Shown here: piece by piece, positions 53,186 through 64,000 of the stretch
Position numbering within the stretch: the first letter of the stretch is position 1
Layout of the letters: each line of letters starts with the position of its first letter
Assembly: GCA_965235115.1 (NCBI GenBank)
Contig: OZ249441.1
Coordinates: 4,402,001 to 4,466,000 of the forward strand
DNA: 64,000 bases
Reading direction: 5' to 3'
Origin: Laetmonice hystrix
Taxonomy: Eukaryota
Notes under the pieces: generated by a model
Database searches by the model: none
The model's input: only the letters and a program-made list of their open reading frames with translations
What the model was told of the DNA's origin: nothing
Translations under genes and position numbers: made by a program

Positions 53186-54224
53186 CGTCGACAATGTTGT
53201 CTGAGCTAGACTCTGGTTGTGGTATTAGAGTACCTAATGAATATAATCACCGCTAAATATATTCATGGAACGGCGTTTTCCCCGCGTCACAATGAATTGA
53301 TAGTCCCTCTTCCTCTAGAGTGTATAGCCAATGTGTTAAAACATCGTGTTAATTCTAGTTAACAGCGACATGAACATTATACAATGGTATTGTCAGTGCC
53401 ATGACATGCAATATAATGCTAGTCCCAAGCCGCGTGTAGGCCCTAATGTTCGAACATGGTAGTTCAAACAATAAATGGGCGTCATGCGTCATGGTGTGTT
53501 TTTCATAATTAATCAAGCGGCGAGACTTGCAAGGACAATGAGTAATGGAAAATGGGCTTCATTGATATAAACACTGTCTCTCATCCCTATTGCTCATCAT
53601 TGGACAAAGGACAGACAGCATATATATAGCCTTTGTTTGTTTGGGTTCCCTCCTGTTTTTGTGGCTGGATAGGATATGATTCATCATGTTTTCCTGGGTA
53701 ACCTGCGCACGGTATTTGGGGCGGTACTCATCGTGGATTGTAACGATTTCCAATTAGAGATTATGACATGTATTCTGATTATGTTGACCTGAACCTTTGT
53801 TCATCTCATGTCTAGATGTGAACACTGGAAAATATTAAAAGGGTTAATTTTCAGCCCAAGATTTGGGTAACAGACTTGGGTTGTTTTTTGGGGGTAAAAT
53901 AATCCATTCTGGGCTACTCTTAACCAATAGCCTGGGTTAAATTAATTACCCAGCACTTTGTTAAAATTTAACTCAATTTTCTTCCAATTTTAATCCAAGT
54001 AATTTTTCAGTGACGAGTGACAATATGGCGGGGGCAAAGCCGTTCTCAAAACGAACATGTATCCCTTTAAAACTAACATTAATGAGACAATTATATCACA
54101 ACATAGCTTTAGGTCTGCTTCACAGTGGAATGAACAAGAAATAGATACGTTAACTCGTCTCGTTATCTGCTATCGGTCGTCGCCACGAGTGGGCTGCATT
54201 GATTATACCCATTGATGAGCATGA

Positions 54225-56620
54225 GATTGGTTTACAAAGCCTACAGTGGAACCTCCTTGCTTGCTCCTGACAGCACTGGTTTACAAAGCCTACAGTGGAA
54301 CCTCCTTGCTCCTGACAGCACTGGTTTACAAAGCCTACAGTGGAACCTCCTTGCTCCTGACAGCACTGGTTTACAAAGCCTACAGTGGAACCTCCTTGCT
54401 TGCTCCTGACAGCACTGGTTTACAAAGCCTACAGTGGAACCTCCTTGCTTGCTCCTGACAGCACTGGTTTACAAAGCCTACAGTGGAACCTCCTTGTTTG
54501 CTCCTGACAGCACTGGTTTACAAAGCCTACAGTGGAACCTCCTTGCTTGCTCCTGACAGCACTGGTTTACAAAGCCTACAGTGGAACCTCCTTGTTTGCT
54601 CCTGACAGCACTGGTTGACAAAACCTACAGTGGAACCTCCTTGCTTGCTCCTGACAGCACTGGTTTACAAAGCCTACAGTGGAACCTCCTTGCTTGCTCC
54701 TGACAGCACTGGTTTACAAAGCCTACAGTGGACCTCCTTGCTTGCTCCTGACAGCACTGGTTTACAAAGCCTACAGTGGAACCTCCTTGCTTGCTCCTGA
54801 CAGCACTGGTTTACAAAGCCTACAGTGGAACCTCCTTGTTTGCTCCTGACAGCACTGGTTTACAAAGCCTACAGTGGAACCTCCTTGCTCCTGACAGCAC
54901 TGGTTTACAAAGCGTACAGTGGACCTCCTTGCTCCTGACAGCACTGGTTTACAAAGCCAACAGTGGAACCTCCTTGCTTGCTCCTGACAGCACTGGTTTA
55001 CAAAGCCTACAGTGGAACCTCCTTGCTTGCTCCTGACAGCACTGGTTTACAAAGCCTACAGTGGAACCTCCTTGCTCCTGACAGCACTGGTTGACAAAGC
55101 CTACAGTGGAACCTCCTTGCTTGCTCCTGACAGCACTGGTTTACAAAGCCTACAGTGGAACCTCCTTGTTTGCTCCTGACAGCACTGGTTTACAAAGCCT
55201 ACAGTGGAACCTCCTTGCTTGCTCCTGACAGCACTGGTTTACAAAGCCTACAGTGGAACCTCCTTGCTTGCTCCTGACAGCACTGGTTTACAAAGCCTAC
55301 AGTGGAACCTCCTTGTTTGCTCCTGACAGCACTGGTTTACAAAGCCTACAGTGGAACCTCCTTGTTTGCTCCTGACAGCACTGGTTTACAAAGCCTACAG
55401 TGGAACCTCCTTGCTTGCTCCTGACAGCACTGGTTTACAAAGCCTACAGTGGAACCTCCTTGCTTGCTCCTGACAGCACTGGTTTACAAAGCCTACAGTG
55501 GAACCTCCTTGTTTGCTCCTGACAGCACTGGTTTACAAAGCCTACAGTGGAACCTCCTTACTTGCTCCTGACAGCACTGGTTTACAAAGCCTACAGTGGA
55601 ACCTCCTTGCTCCTGACAGCACTGGTTTACAAAGCCTACAGTGGAACCTCCTTGCTCCTGACAGCACTGGTTTACAAAGCCTACAGTGGAACCTCCTTGC
55701 TTGCTCCTGACAGCACTGGTTTACAAAGCCTACAGTGGAACCTCCTTGCTTGCTCCTGACAGCACTGGTTTACAAAGCCTACAGTGGAACCTCCTTGTTT
55801 GCTCCTGACAGCACTGGTTTACAAAGCCTACAGTGGACCTCCTTGCTTGCTCCTGACAGCACTGGTTTACAAAGCCTACAGTGGAACCTCCTTGCTTGCT
55901 CCTGACAGCACTGGTTTACAAAGCCTACAGTGGAACCTCCTTGCTCCTGACAGCACTGGTTGACAAAGCCTACAGTGGAACCTCCTTGCTTGCTCCTGAC
56001 AGCACTGGTTTACAAAGCCTACAGTGGAACCTCCTTGCTCCTGACAGCACTGGTTTACAAAGCCTACAGTGGAACCTCCTTGCTTGCTCCTGACAGCACT
56101 GGTTGACAAAGCCTACAGTGGAACCTCCTTGCTTGCTCCTGACAGCACTGGTTTACAAAGCCTACAGTGGAACCTCCTTGCTTGCTCCTGACAGCACTGG
56201 TTTACAAAGACTACAGTGGAACCTCCTTGCTTGCTCCTGACAGCACTGGTTTACAAAGCCTACAGTGGAACCTCCTTGCTTGCTCCTGACAGCACTGGTT
56301 GACAAAGCCTACAGTGGACCTCCTTGCTCCTGACAGCACTGGTTTACAAAGCCTACAGTGGAACCTCCTTGCTTGCTCCTGACAGCACTGGTTTACAAAG
56401 CCTACAGTGAAACCTCCTTGCTTGCTCCTGACAGCACTGGTTTACAAAGCCTACAGTGGAACCTCCTTGCTCCTGACAGCACTGGTTGACAAAGCCTACA
56501 GTGAAACCTCCTTGCTCCTGACAGCACTGGTTTACAAAGCCTACAGTGGAACCTCCTTGCTCCTGACAGCACTGGTTTACAAAGCCTACAGTGGAACCTC
56601 CTTGCTTGCTCCTGACAGCA
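54225..56620. repeat. 49/45-bp minisatellite, ~50 copies
   Basis: Unit tggtttacaaagcctacagtggaacctccttgcttgctcctgacagcac. Confidence 0.97.
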
Positions 56621-56694
56621 CACTATTTGGACCGTTTGCAAAAAACGTTGACAAGGGCAGATTCATCAAAGGTCTGGCGCCAGTGTGTGCATAC

Positions 56695-56792
56695 CGATAT
56701 AGAATGTGTTTGTTGTCACCGGTCTGTATGGCAGTGAGCCAGTAGTGTACCTTTGGTATGGATGTCCAGTCTCCTAGCCTCCGTCTGAGAAC
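56695..56792 (-). CDS. Unnamed gene, exon G
   Basis: Acceptor ggtctcttgCAG and donor GTATGC, phase 0->2. Encodes VLRRRLGDWTSIPKVHYWLTAIQTGDNKHILYR and joins exon F in frame. Confidence 0.62.
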
Positions 56793-56914
56793 CTGCAAGA
56801 GACCGTTCAGCCAACTTGGCACTGTGACACCTTCAATCAGATTGCCGCCATATTACCAGTAGGCTGACCTCTTGATTGGCAAAACGCCATCTCTGTTTTA
56901 GCTTTTTTGCTGCT

Positions 56915-57277
56915 GCATGTCCTTTCGGATATATTGATCTATGTCCTTTCGGATATATTGATCTATGTCCTTTCGGATATATTGATCCATGTCCTTTCGG
57001 ATATATTGATCCATGTCCTTTCGGATATATTGATCCATGTCCTTTCGGATATATTGATCCATGTCCTTTCGGATATATTGATCCATGTCCTTTCGGATAT
57101 ATTGATCCATGTCCTTTCGGATATATTGATCCATGTCCTTTCGGATATATTGATCCATGTCCTTTCGGATATATTGATCCATGTCCTTTCGGATATATTG
57201 ATCCATGTCCTTTCGGATATATTGATCTATGTCCTTTCGGATATATTGATCTATGTCCTTTCGGATATATTGATCTA
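56915..57277. repeat. 24-bp minisatellite, 15 copies
   Basis: Unit atgtcctttcggatatattgatcc. Confidence 0.97.
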
Positions 57278-58193
57278 TAAGTAAAGCCGAATTTACCTTT
57301 CTACAAGAATATATTTGCCCCATGGAACTTTATTTAGACTAAAGTAAAATATAATTTTGATATTGATTTTGATCAAATCGCGTATACCTTGACAGCAACC
57401 CCCTGCCCTAACAGCCCCCCTCACCCTTGACAAAGGGCAGATTTGATTAGTCATTGTCTATTTCGAGTCGAAATTTCTTTATTTCGAGACCCTTCCCTGT
57501 CAAGTACAAAAATAGCCAAGCTGATCTTTGAAACATTTATCGTAAGTATCCCTTTAAAAGAATTCATGAAGGGTGGCATCAGTCGATTGAACGCCACTGG
57601 TCTCAGATCATTCTCGCTCTAGATATTAGGAAGGAGACAGATCGGCTCGGACCATTCCAATTACCCTGTATGTTTAATGTTTCCAGCGCGGCCAACTCCT
57701 AAGTGAGTTTCCCACATTAACCTATAGCGGATTTACCACTTGACGGAAGCCAAGTTTGTCGAATATAGGGCGTCTAATCCCAACAAATTTGCTTTGATAG
57801 TGTACAAATGTAGACCAATACAGTCGGGGCGCGAGGGTGCCGAGATGGCCAAGGCTGACTGGAACAAATTCCAGACTGCGCCACACAAAAGGGGGGATAC
57901 TTGACAGGAGGCACTTTTCCAATTTGCGACTGAGTCTAAATAGTAATATGTCGGTGTTTGTGGGGGCGGGTGGGGGTGTCGACGCGATTGGCGGTACGGG
58001 GGGGGGGGGAGTTGATGACGGTGGAGAGGCGCATGTGGATCCCCCCCCCCCCTGCGAGGGACCAAAATGAAGATGGATCGTGGTATGAAGTCAGACTGCT
58101 TACACTGACAGACTCCCCCAACGGGGCAGCCGTCTCCCTTGGGATGTGCCTGGCATTAGATCCAGGATCATACATAAACAAGAAACTCTGTCC

Positions 58194-58325
58194 NNNNNNN
58201 NNNNNNNNNNNNNNNNNNNNNNNNNNNNNNNNNNNNNNNNNNNNNNNNNNNNNNNNNNNNNNNNNNNNNNNNNNNNNNNNNNNNNNNNNNNNNNNNNNNN
58301 NNNNNNNNNNNNNNNNNNNNNNNNN
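58194..58325. other. Assembly gap (132 N)
   Basis: Run of N. Confidence 1.
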
Positions 58326-58495
58326 TCCTCTCTCCCTCTCTCTCCTTTCTTTCTCTCCCTCTCTCTCCGCTCCTTTCTTTCTCTCCCTCTATCTCCTCTC
58401 TCCATCTCTCTCCTTTCTTTCTCTCCCTCTCTCTGTCCTATCTCCATCTCTCTCGATCTGTCCCCTCTCGCTCGCTCCTCTCTCTCATACTCTGA
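58326..58495. repeat. Degenerate (CT)n low-complexity tract
   Basis: Almost pure pyrimidine, next to the gap. Confidence 0.92.
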
Positions 58496-59174
58496 TTAGC
58501 ATATACATAATTATATCTCTCTGAATTATTCCTTTCTCATCACAACTCAAGACACAAGAGAACAACGAGAGCAACAGTGAAACTTTTTAACCTCCATTCA
58601 TTCAGTACCCGTTTATCGAGCAGCCTTCCTCTCGTGTCCACTTCAGATCTAATAATGACACTTGGGCCTAACGACGTCCAATGACTCTAATAGCTTCTAC
58701 ATGACAAGGCAAGCAGGCACCCCTGGTAGTCTCAATTTACATGGATTTGTCCTGAAGGTACCTTTAGCCTAACGACATCAGAAACGTTCAGACAGCCCTG
58801 ATTGCTATAGGGGCCTCTGGGAAATGGGACCCGGTATGTTTCTCGCTGCCTTGTCCGTGGTTGATGAAAAACGGATCCCTAACTAAATCTCTGACTAATT
58901 GTTACCCTTTCCAGTATAGACCCCTGTGAACATCCACTTGGGTGGGAAGGTGTGTGTGGAATATACATGGTAACGAAATAATGGATCGCTTTCACAAGCG
59001 TTGAACCTAACCCCAAGCCTTACACGCTGTCTCCATGCACCGAACGGCTTATCCTTGGTGGAACCTATCCCTAAGCCATATCCCTATACCCGATTGGTTG
59101 AGGGTATATACGCCTGGCATATGACGTACACTGACGAGTACGTGTGTGTGAGCCTGCAGCAGAGGTCCTTTTTC

Positions 59175-59630
59175 ATATACTACTCGCTCTCCGCCTCAGT
59201 GGTTTCATATACTACTCGCTCTCCGCCTCAGTGGTTTCATATACTACTCGCTCTCCGCCTCAGTGGTTTCATGTACTACTCGCTCTCCGCCTCAGTGGTT
59301 TCTACTCGCTCTCCGCCTCAGTGGTTTCATATACTACTCGCTCTCCGCCTCAGTGGTTTCTACTCGCTCTCCGCCTCAGTGGTTTCATATACTACTCGCT
59401 CTCCGCCTCAGTGGTTTCTACTCGCTCTCCGCCTCAGTGGTTTCTACTCGCTCTCCGCCTCAGTGGTTTCATATACTACTCGCTCTCCGCCTCAGTGGTT
59501 TCATATGCTACTCGCTCTCCGCCTCAGTGCCCAATGGTTTCATATACTACTCGCTCTCCGCCGCAGTGCCCATACTACTCGCTCTCCGCCTCAGTGGTTT
59601 CTACTCGCTCTCCGCCACAGTGCCCAGTGC
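59175..59630. repeat. 32/25-bp minisatellite, ~15 copies
   Basis: Unit atactactcgctctccgcctcagtggtttcat. Confidence 0.95.
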
Positions 59631-59734
59631 TGTTCCCGGTTCACATGAAAGGTGCATTATAACCGCGCTAATGTAGAAGTTGCAAGAAATGTTTTCTTAT
59701 CAAAAGTTTTCAGACGTCCTTCGACATAAAAACC

Positions 59735-60125
59735 TGCATTATAGTGTCATAAACGTGCATGGTCTGTGCTACATTATAGTGTCCTAAACGTGCATGGTCT
59801 GTGCTACATTATAGTGTCATAAACGTGCATGGTCTGTCCTACATTATAGTGTCATAAACGTGCATGGTCTGTCCTACATTATAGTGTCATAAACGTGCTT
59901 GGTCTGTCCTACATTATAGTGTCATAAACGTGCATGGTCTGTCCTACATTATAGTGTCATAAACGTGCATGGTCTGTCCTACATTATAGTGTCATAAACG
60001 TGCATGGTCTGTGCTACATTATAGTGTCATAAACGTGCATGGTCTGTGCTACATTATAGTGTCATAAACGTGCATGGTCTGTGCTACATTATAGTGTCAT
60101 AAACGTGCATGGTCTGTCCTGCATT
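59735..60125. repeat. 35-bp minisatellite, ~11 copies
   Basis: Unit cattatagtgtcataaacgtgcatggtctgtgcta. Confidence 0.96.
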
Positions 60126-60186
60126 AAAGGGCCTCACCAGAAGCGAGTTTGTTCAGCCAGCCGATGTTTCAGTCGTACGTGTCGAC

Positions 60187-60312
60187 GGCCTGATCCACAG
60201 ACCGATTTACGGCCGATTTTCACATACGGCCGATTTTTCTCCATAGGAAAACTATGGAGAAAAATCGGCCGTATCTCAAAATCGGCCATAAATCGGTCTG
60301 TGGATAAGGGCC
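60187..60312. mobile_element. 126-bp near-perfect palindrome (probable MITE)
   Basis: Arms of ~60 bp around a 5-nt loop (gaaaa), GGCC termini. Confidence 0.72.
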
Positions 60313-60415
60313 TTACGACTCGATCATATCTTTGTATCGACTCGCACTTGCTCCCACGGGTCACAATTAACGTCTACTGTGGCTCGTCACGCACGAGTCG
60401 ACCCAGTATAACTAC

Positions 60416-60524
60416 CGACCAATCGTACGACTTCAAAATGGCTTGTCGTAAGCCTCTGTAGTCCAAGGCCTTGAACTCATGCACATGAGTGAAAGCAATA
60501 AGTTTCCGGAGAGGAAACGTTTGG
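60416..60524 (-). CDS. Unnamed gene, exon F
   Basis: Acceptor gttttcccggcgttttgcCAG and donor GTAGTT, phase 2->0. Encodes QTFPLRKLIAFTHVHEFKALDYRGLRQAILKSYDWS. Confidence 0.6.
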
Positions 60525-61140
60525 CTGGCAAAACGCCGGGAAAACACTGCCATGAGGGCCATGTTGAGAGTGTTAGATATCAACTTAGTAAACCAGGCAA
60601 AACGCCGGGAAAACACCGCCATGAGGGCCATGTTGAGAGTGGTAGATATCAACTTAGTAAACCAGGCAAAACGCCGGGAAAACACCGCCATGAGGGCCAT
60701 GTTGAGAGTGGTAGATATCAACTTAGTAAACCAGGCAAAACGCCGGGAAAACACCGCCATGAGGGCCATGTTGAGAGTGTTAGATATCATCTTAGTAAAC
60801 CAGACAAAACGCCGGGAAAACACTGCCATGAGGGCCATGTTGAGAGTGTTAGATATCAACTTAGTAAACCAGGCAAAACGCCGGGAAAACACCGCCATGA
60901 GGGCCATGTTGAGAGTGTTAGATATCAACTTAGTAAACCAGGCAAAACGCCGGGAAAACACCGCCATGAGGGCCATGTTGAGAGTGTTAGATATCTTAGT
61001 AAACCAGGCAAAACGCCGGGAAAACACCGCCATGAGGGCCATGTTGAGAGTGTTAGACTTAGCAAACCAGGCAAAACGCCGGGAAAACACCGCCATGAGG
61101 GCCATGTTGAGAGTGTTAGATATCAACTTAGTAAACCAGA
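60525..61140. repeat. 69-bp minisatellite, ~9 copies
   Basis: Unit ggcaaaacgccgggaaaacaccgccatgagggccatgttgagagtgttagatatcaacttagtaaacca. Confidence 0.96.
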
Positions 61141-62278
61141 CCAATGTTGATCGTTATCACAGAACGGACCACTTTACTCTTGCCAGATAATGCGACCAAT
61201 GGAGGGCGGTTTAGCAGGAAACTCTCGGGTGGGACTCTATCCTGGAAACCACCGCTCCCTGCGCCCCTCCCGGGACAGCTGCTGATGTAATCTGACCAAA
61301 ACTGTAGTTATAATATCGACTGAAAGAACTCCGCGCGGATTACGCGGGTCGCCAGCGTGTCCCCCCCCCCCCCCCACACACACACACCCCACACTCCAAA
61401 AAAGGACAGGGTGTAGAGGGGCATTGGGCCTTCCGGTGACTGCCCTCCACGACCGCCCGAAACCCGACACTTTCCATTACCACTCGGTCCAGTACCTGAC
61501 CCCACGGACGTGGCTGGCAGCGTCTTGGCTATCCGCCTGCCCGGCTGGCTGCCTGGCCCGTCATTCAAAAATCTCGCCCCAAACAGCTAATGAAGCGTCT
61601 ACACCGCTACAGAATATTTCCATCACATGATAGCTGGGGTGCTTTAATCATGAAATCAGCCCCGTCGACTGCGCGCGAGGACAGGCGGGTGGGGGTGGGG
61701 GTGGGGGTTGTAGCCCCCGTCCCAGACGGCGCCTTGACCGGACACGGAGGAAGCCGACGGGCCGACCGGGGAACAACCCCCCGCCCCCTGCCAACCGCTG
61801 ACGCCTTCGGTCTCCAGGAAAATGTGACAGCGACGTGGCGGAACTGTCGAGAGAACTGCTGGCAATTATCCGCTCCTCTTATTATCTCTTTGTTAGCAAC
61901 ACCTCTAGTAATCAACCTCTATAATTATGTTTCCTTCCTATTCATTCCCTGCGTCGGTCTCTCGTATTATCAAGGGCCGTGATTTTTAAACAGTTAAATA
62001 TTCCATAAGTAGGTAGCTGAGATCGGGTTTAAGGCATACAACATTAGTTTTTTTCTCTGTATTAAGATTGCGCGGGATAAAAATGTTCCTCGATGCATGC
62101 CAATTAAGCTTGCATCCGAGCACGGCCTGAATCATGGCGAGTGGCGAATAACATAGTTTAGTTGTCAGTGATGTTATTTTATTTGTCTCCCACATAATTT
62201 TTGCTGAGCCCCCCCCCCCCCCCCCCCACACACACACACCCGACAGGAACCCTTTCCCCTCTGACAGATCTTCCTCAC

Positions 62279-62358
62279 CTAACTCGGAGAGACTCATCAC
62301 GGGGTAGACTGATCCACAGTCCCGTCCGCTATGGTAGGACAGGTGATGGGTAATTTCG
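62279..62358 (-). CDS. Unnamed gene, exon D
   Basis: Long pyrimidine tract ending in AAG, donor GTGAGG, phase 2->1. Encodes EITHHLSYHSGRDCGSVYPVMSLSEL; this is the only open frame. Confidence 0.65.
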
Positions 62359-62479
62359 CTTGGCAGAAATCCGAAAAGCGGAGAAATACGGAGGATACGG
62401 AACTACCAATGACATTTGTGTCCATGTTTTCCATGGGCGCGGTCATCAAATTGGCTAATCACAGTGTTCCCTTCGCTTA

Positions 62480-62753
62480 GACGTCACCAGTCTCTATAAA
62501 TATACGTCGTCTAGCGAGCAGAGTACCAGTCTAGTCATGGAACTGTTGTTGGGTGTTGTTAGCGGCCCCATGGAACTGTTGTTGGGTGTTGTTAGCGGCC
62601 CCTTAGCCGGAAGTTAGACTTCACCAGTCTCTATAAATATACGTCGTCTAGCGAGCAGAGGACCAGTCTAGTCATGGAACTGTTGTTGGGTGTTGTTAGC
62701 GGCCCCATGGAACTGTTGTTGGGTGTTGTTAGCGGCCCCTTACCCGGAAGTAG
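62480..62753. repeat. 137-bp tandem duplication with nested 33-bp duplication
   Basis: Two near-identical copies at 62480-62616 and 62617-62753. Confidence 0.92.
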
Positions 62754-62892
62754 GCGATGCCACACTGGGAACAACCTGAACCTGCAAACATCTCCCAGAG
62801 ATATCATTTCCGGCTACATTTCACATCTTGTGTGACTGTAATATAAAACATGGCTGAATGTTATATCATCTGACAGAGATTCCGGGGCTTAC

Positions 62893-62935
62893 GGTGGCAT
62901 ATCGGCCACACGATAACGAGATACAACCAGCATGT
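62893..62935 (-). CDS. Unnamed gene, exon C
   Basis: Acceptor catacaCAG and donor GTAAGC, phase 1->2. Encodes DMLVVSRYRVADMPP. Confidence 0.65.
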
Positions 62936-63268
62936 CTGTGTATGTGCTCATCACGACACGTTACAGGCGCCCAATTACAACCGTGACTGCGCAACCCACT
63001 AGACCAGGGATCTTATTCACAAAGCACACGCTCGACTTGCGGGCCTGTAAAACTGTTACCCTCCAGCTGTTTGTAATATACTGAACGGCAATGAAAACGC
63101 ATAGGCTGAAAATATAACTCAAATTTATTTGAAAGAAACAGTTACATTTGATATTTGACAAGAAGCCAGGTCATATGGGGTAACTCAACGGAATCAACTA
63201 CTTTCATTGCCGTTTAGGATTGTTTGCGGATACAGAGGACTATAGAGGCGACCTGCTTCCCTCCTCAC

Positions 63269-63365
63269 CACTGCTAGAAACTCTTGGTGTGAGTAGGTTA
63301 TGTAGGAAACTTTCCGAATGGCCAATGAATACAGTGATAGTCACATTCGAACTTGCACCATTCAC
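63269..63365 (-). CDS. Unnamed gene, exon B
   Basis: Acceptor tgttcttCAG and donor GTGAGG, phase 0->1. Encodes VNGASSNVTITVFIGHSESFLHNLLTPRVSSS. Confidence 0.65.
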
Positions 63366-63617
63366 CTGAAGAACATGACAGACCATGTCTCAGTACCCCC
63401 TGGTATAGGGTTCTCTTGTAAAGTTGTTCTTTGAATCGGGCACGGCACGGTTCTCCACTATAGCTAGGTCATATATTGCAGCGGAAGTCACCACACGGGT
63501 AACTATCGCGTGCCCTTCTCAACTAATAATTTGGATTTTTAGGAGACCCAAGTGATAATCTGGTGGACTTGACCCGTGAATCTCCCAGAGCGTTGTTAGG
63601 TATGCGTCTTCACGTAC

Positions 63618-63695
63618 CTCCCGCCGGAAAGACGAGCTAGAGACGCTGATTGCTGATTGGCCGCAGCCGATGGCGGTCCCTGCTGAAGACATTTT
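63618..63695 (-). CDS. Unnamed gene, candidate exon A
   Basis: AG/GT-bounded (donor GTACGT), 78 nt, phase 0->0. Encodes KMSSAGTAIGCGQSAISVSSSSFRRE and joins exon B in frame. Confidence 0.5.
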
Positions 63696-64000
63696 CTGGC
63701 AGTAATGACAGAGAAGTCCAAAGATGCACTAAACGTAGTCCTTAAAATCAATTTCAGAACGAAAATCAATCAGTGGGCTTGAATGTCTGAGTTGTCAGTC
63801 GGCATCAGTGGGCGGCCGGTGGATGTCCGAGTACGACGAACTGGCTGGCCGTTAAGCTGGCCATGGCGATACCATGAACATGGAGGGGATCAGGGCAGGC
63901 CAACCTGGCTACGATTGGAGGAGGAGGCGGAGGAAGAGGAGGAGGGGAGGAGGAGGAAGGAGGGGGGGGGGATAAGGAGAGGAGGATGGAGGGGAAGAGG

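Noticed and set aside
56620-56745. Plus-strand exon HYLDRLQKTLTRAD... after the 49-bp array
   Set aside because: Overlaps the better-supported minus-strand exon G and has no good donor.
56740-56780. DWTSIP as a bestrophin DWISIP motif
   Set aside because: No following transmembrane helix or other bestrophin motifs.
42736-58524. ORFs containing X runs or poly-Ala
   Set aside because: Artefacts of N-gaps and the GCA microsatellite.
826-61140. CRISPR arrays
   Set aside because: Repeats are head-to-tail without unique spacers, there are no cas genes, and the context is eukaryotic.
56876-61190. ORFs from the 24-, 32- and 69-bp arrays
   Set aside because: Repeat translations open in multiple frames; the only credible coding part is exon F flanking the 69-bp array.

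Overview
Eukaryotic (animal) genomic DNA from a draft assembly with three N-gaps. It is probably a marine invertebrate, but that is an inference from repeat style. There are no prokaryotic features, no CRISPR array and no rRNA. Two conserved genes are recognisable from spliced exons. HACE1 is on the minus strand, with its first three coding exons at 13665-10986; the rest is not visible in the window. MEI4 is on the plus strand, with four coding exons at 18815-21908, and is head-to-head with HACE1. A third, unnamed minus-strand gene has six phase-consistent exons at 56695-63695. About 19 kb (~30%, hand estimate) is made up of ~27 unrelated minisatellite arrays (18-137 bp units), which explain nearly all long ORFs in the supplied track. 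The rest holds MITEs and foldback elements, a tRNA-derived SINE head and scattered unresolved exon candidates. I found no convincing new biological system. The best leads are the unnamed gene, a cargo-carrying hAT-like element with a possible nested small ORF, and minisatellites that end at splice acceptors.
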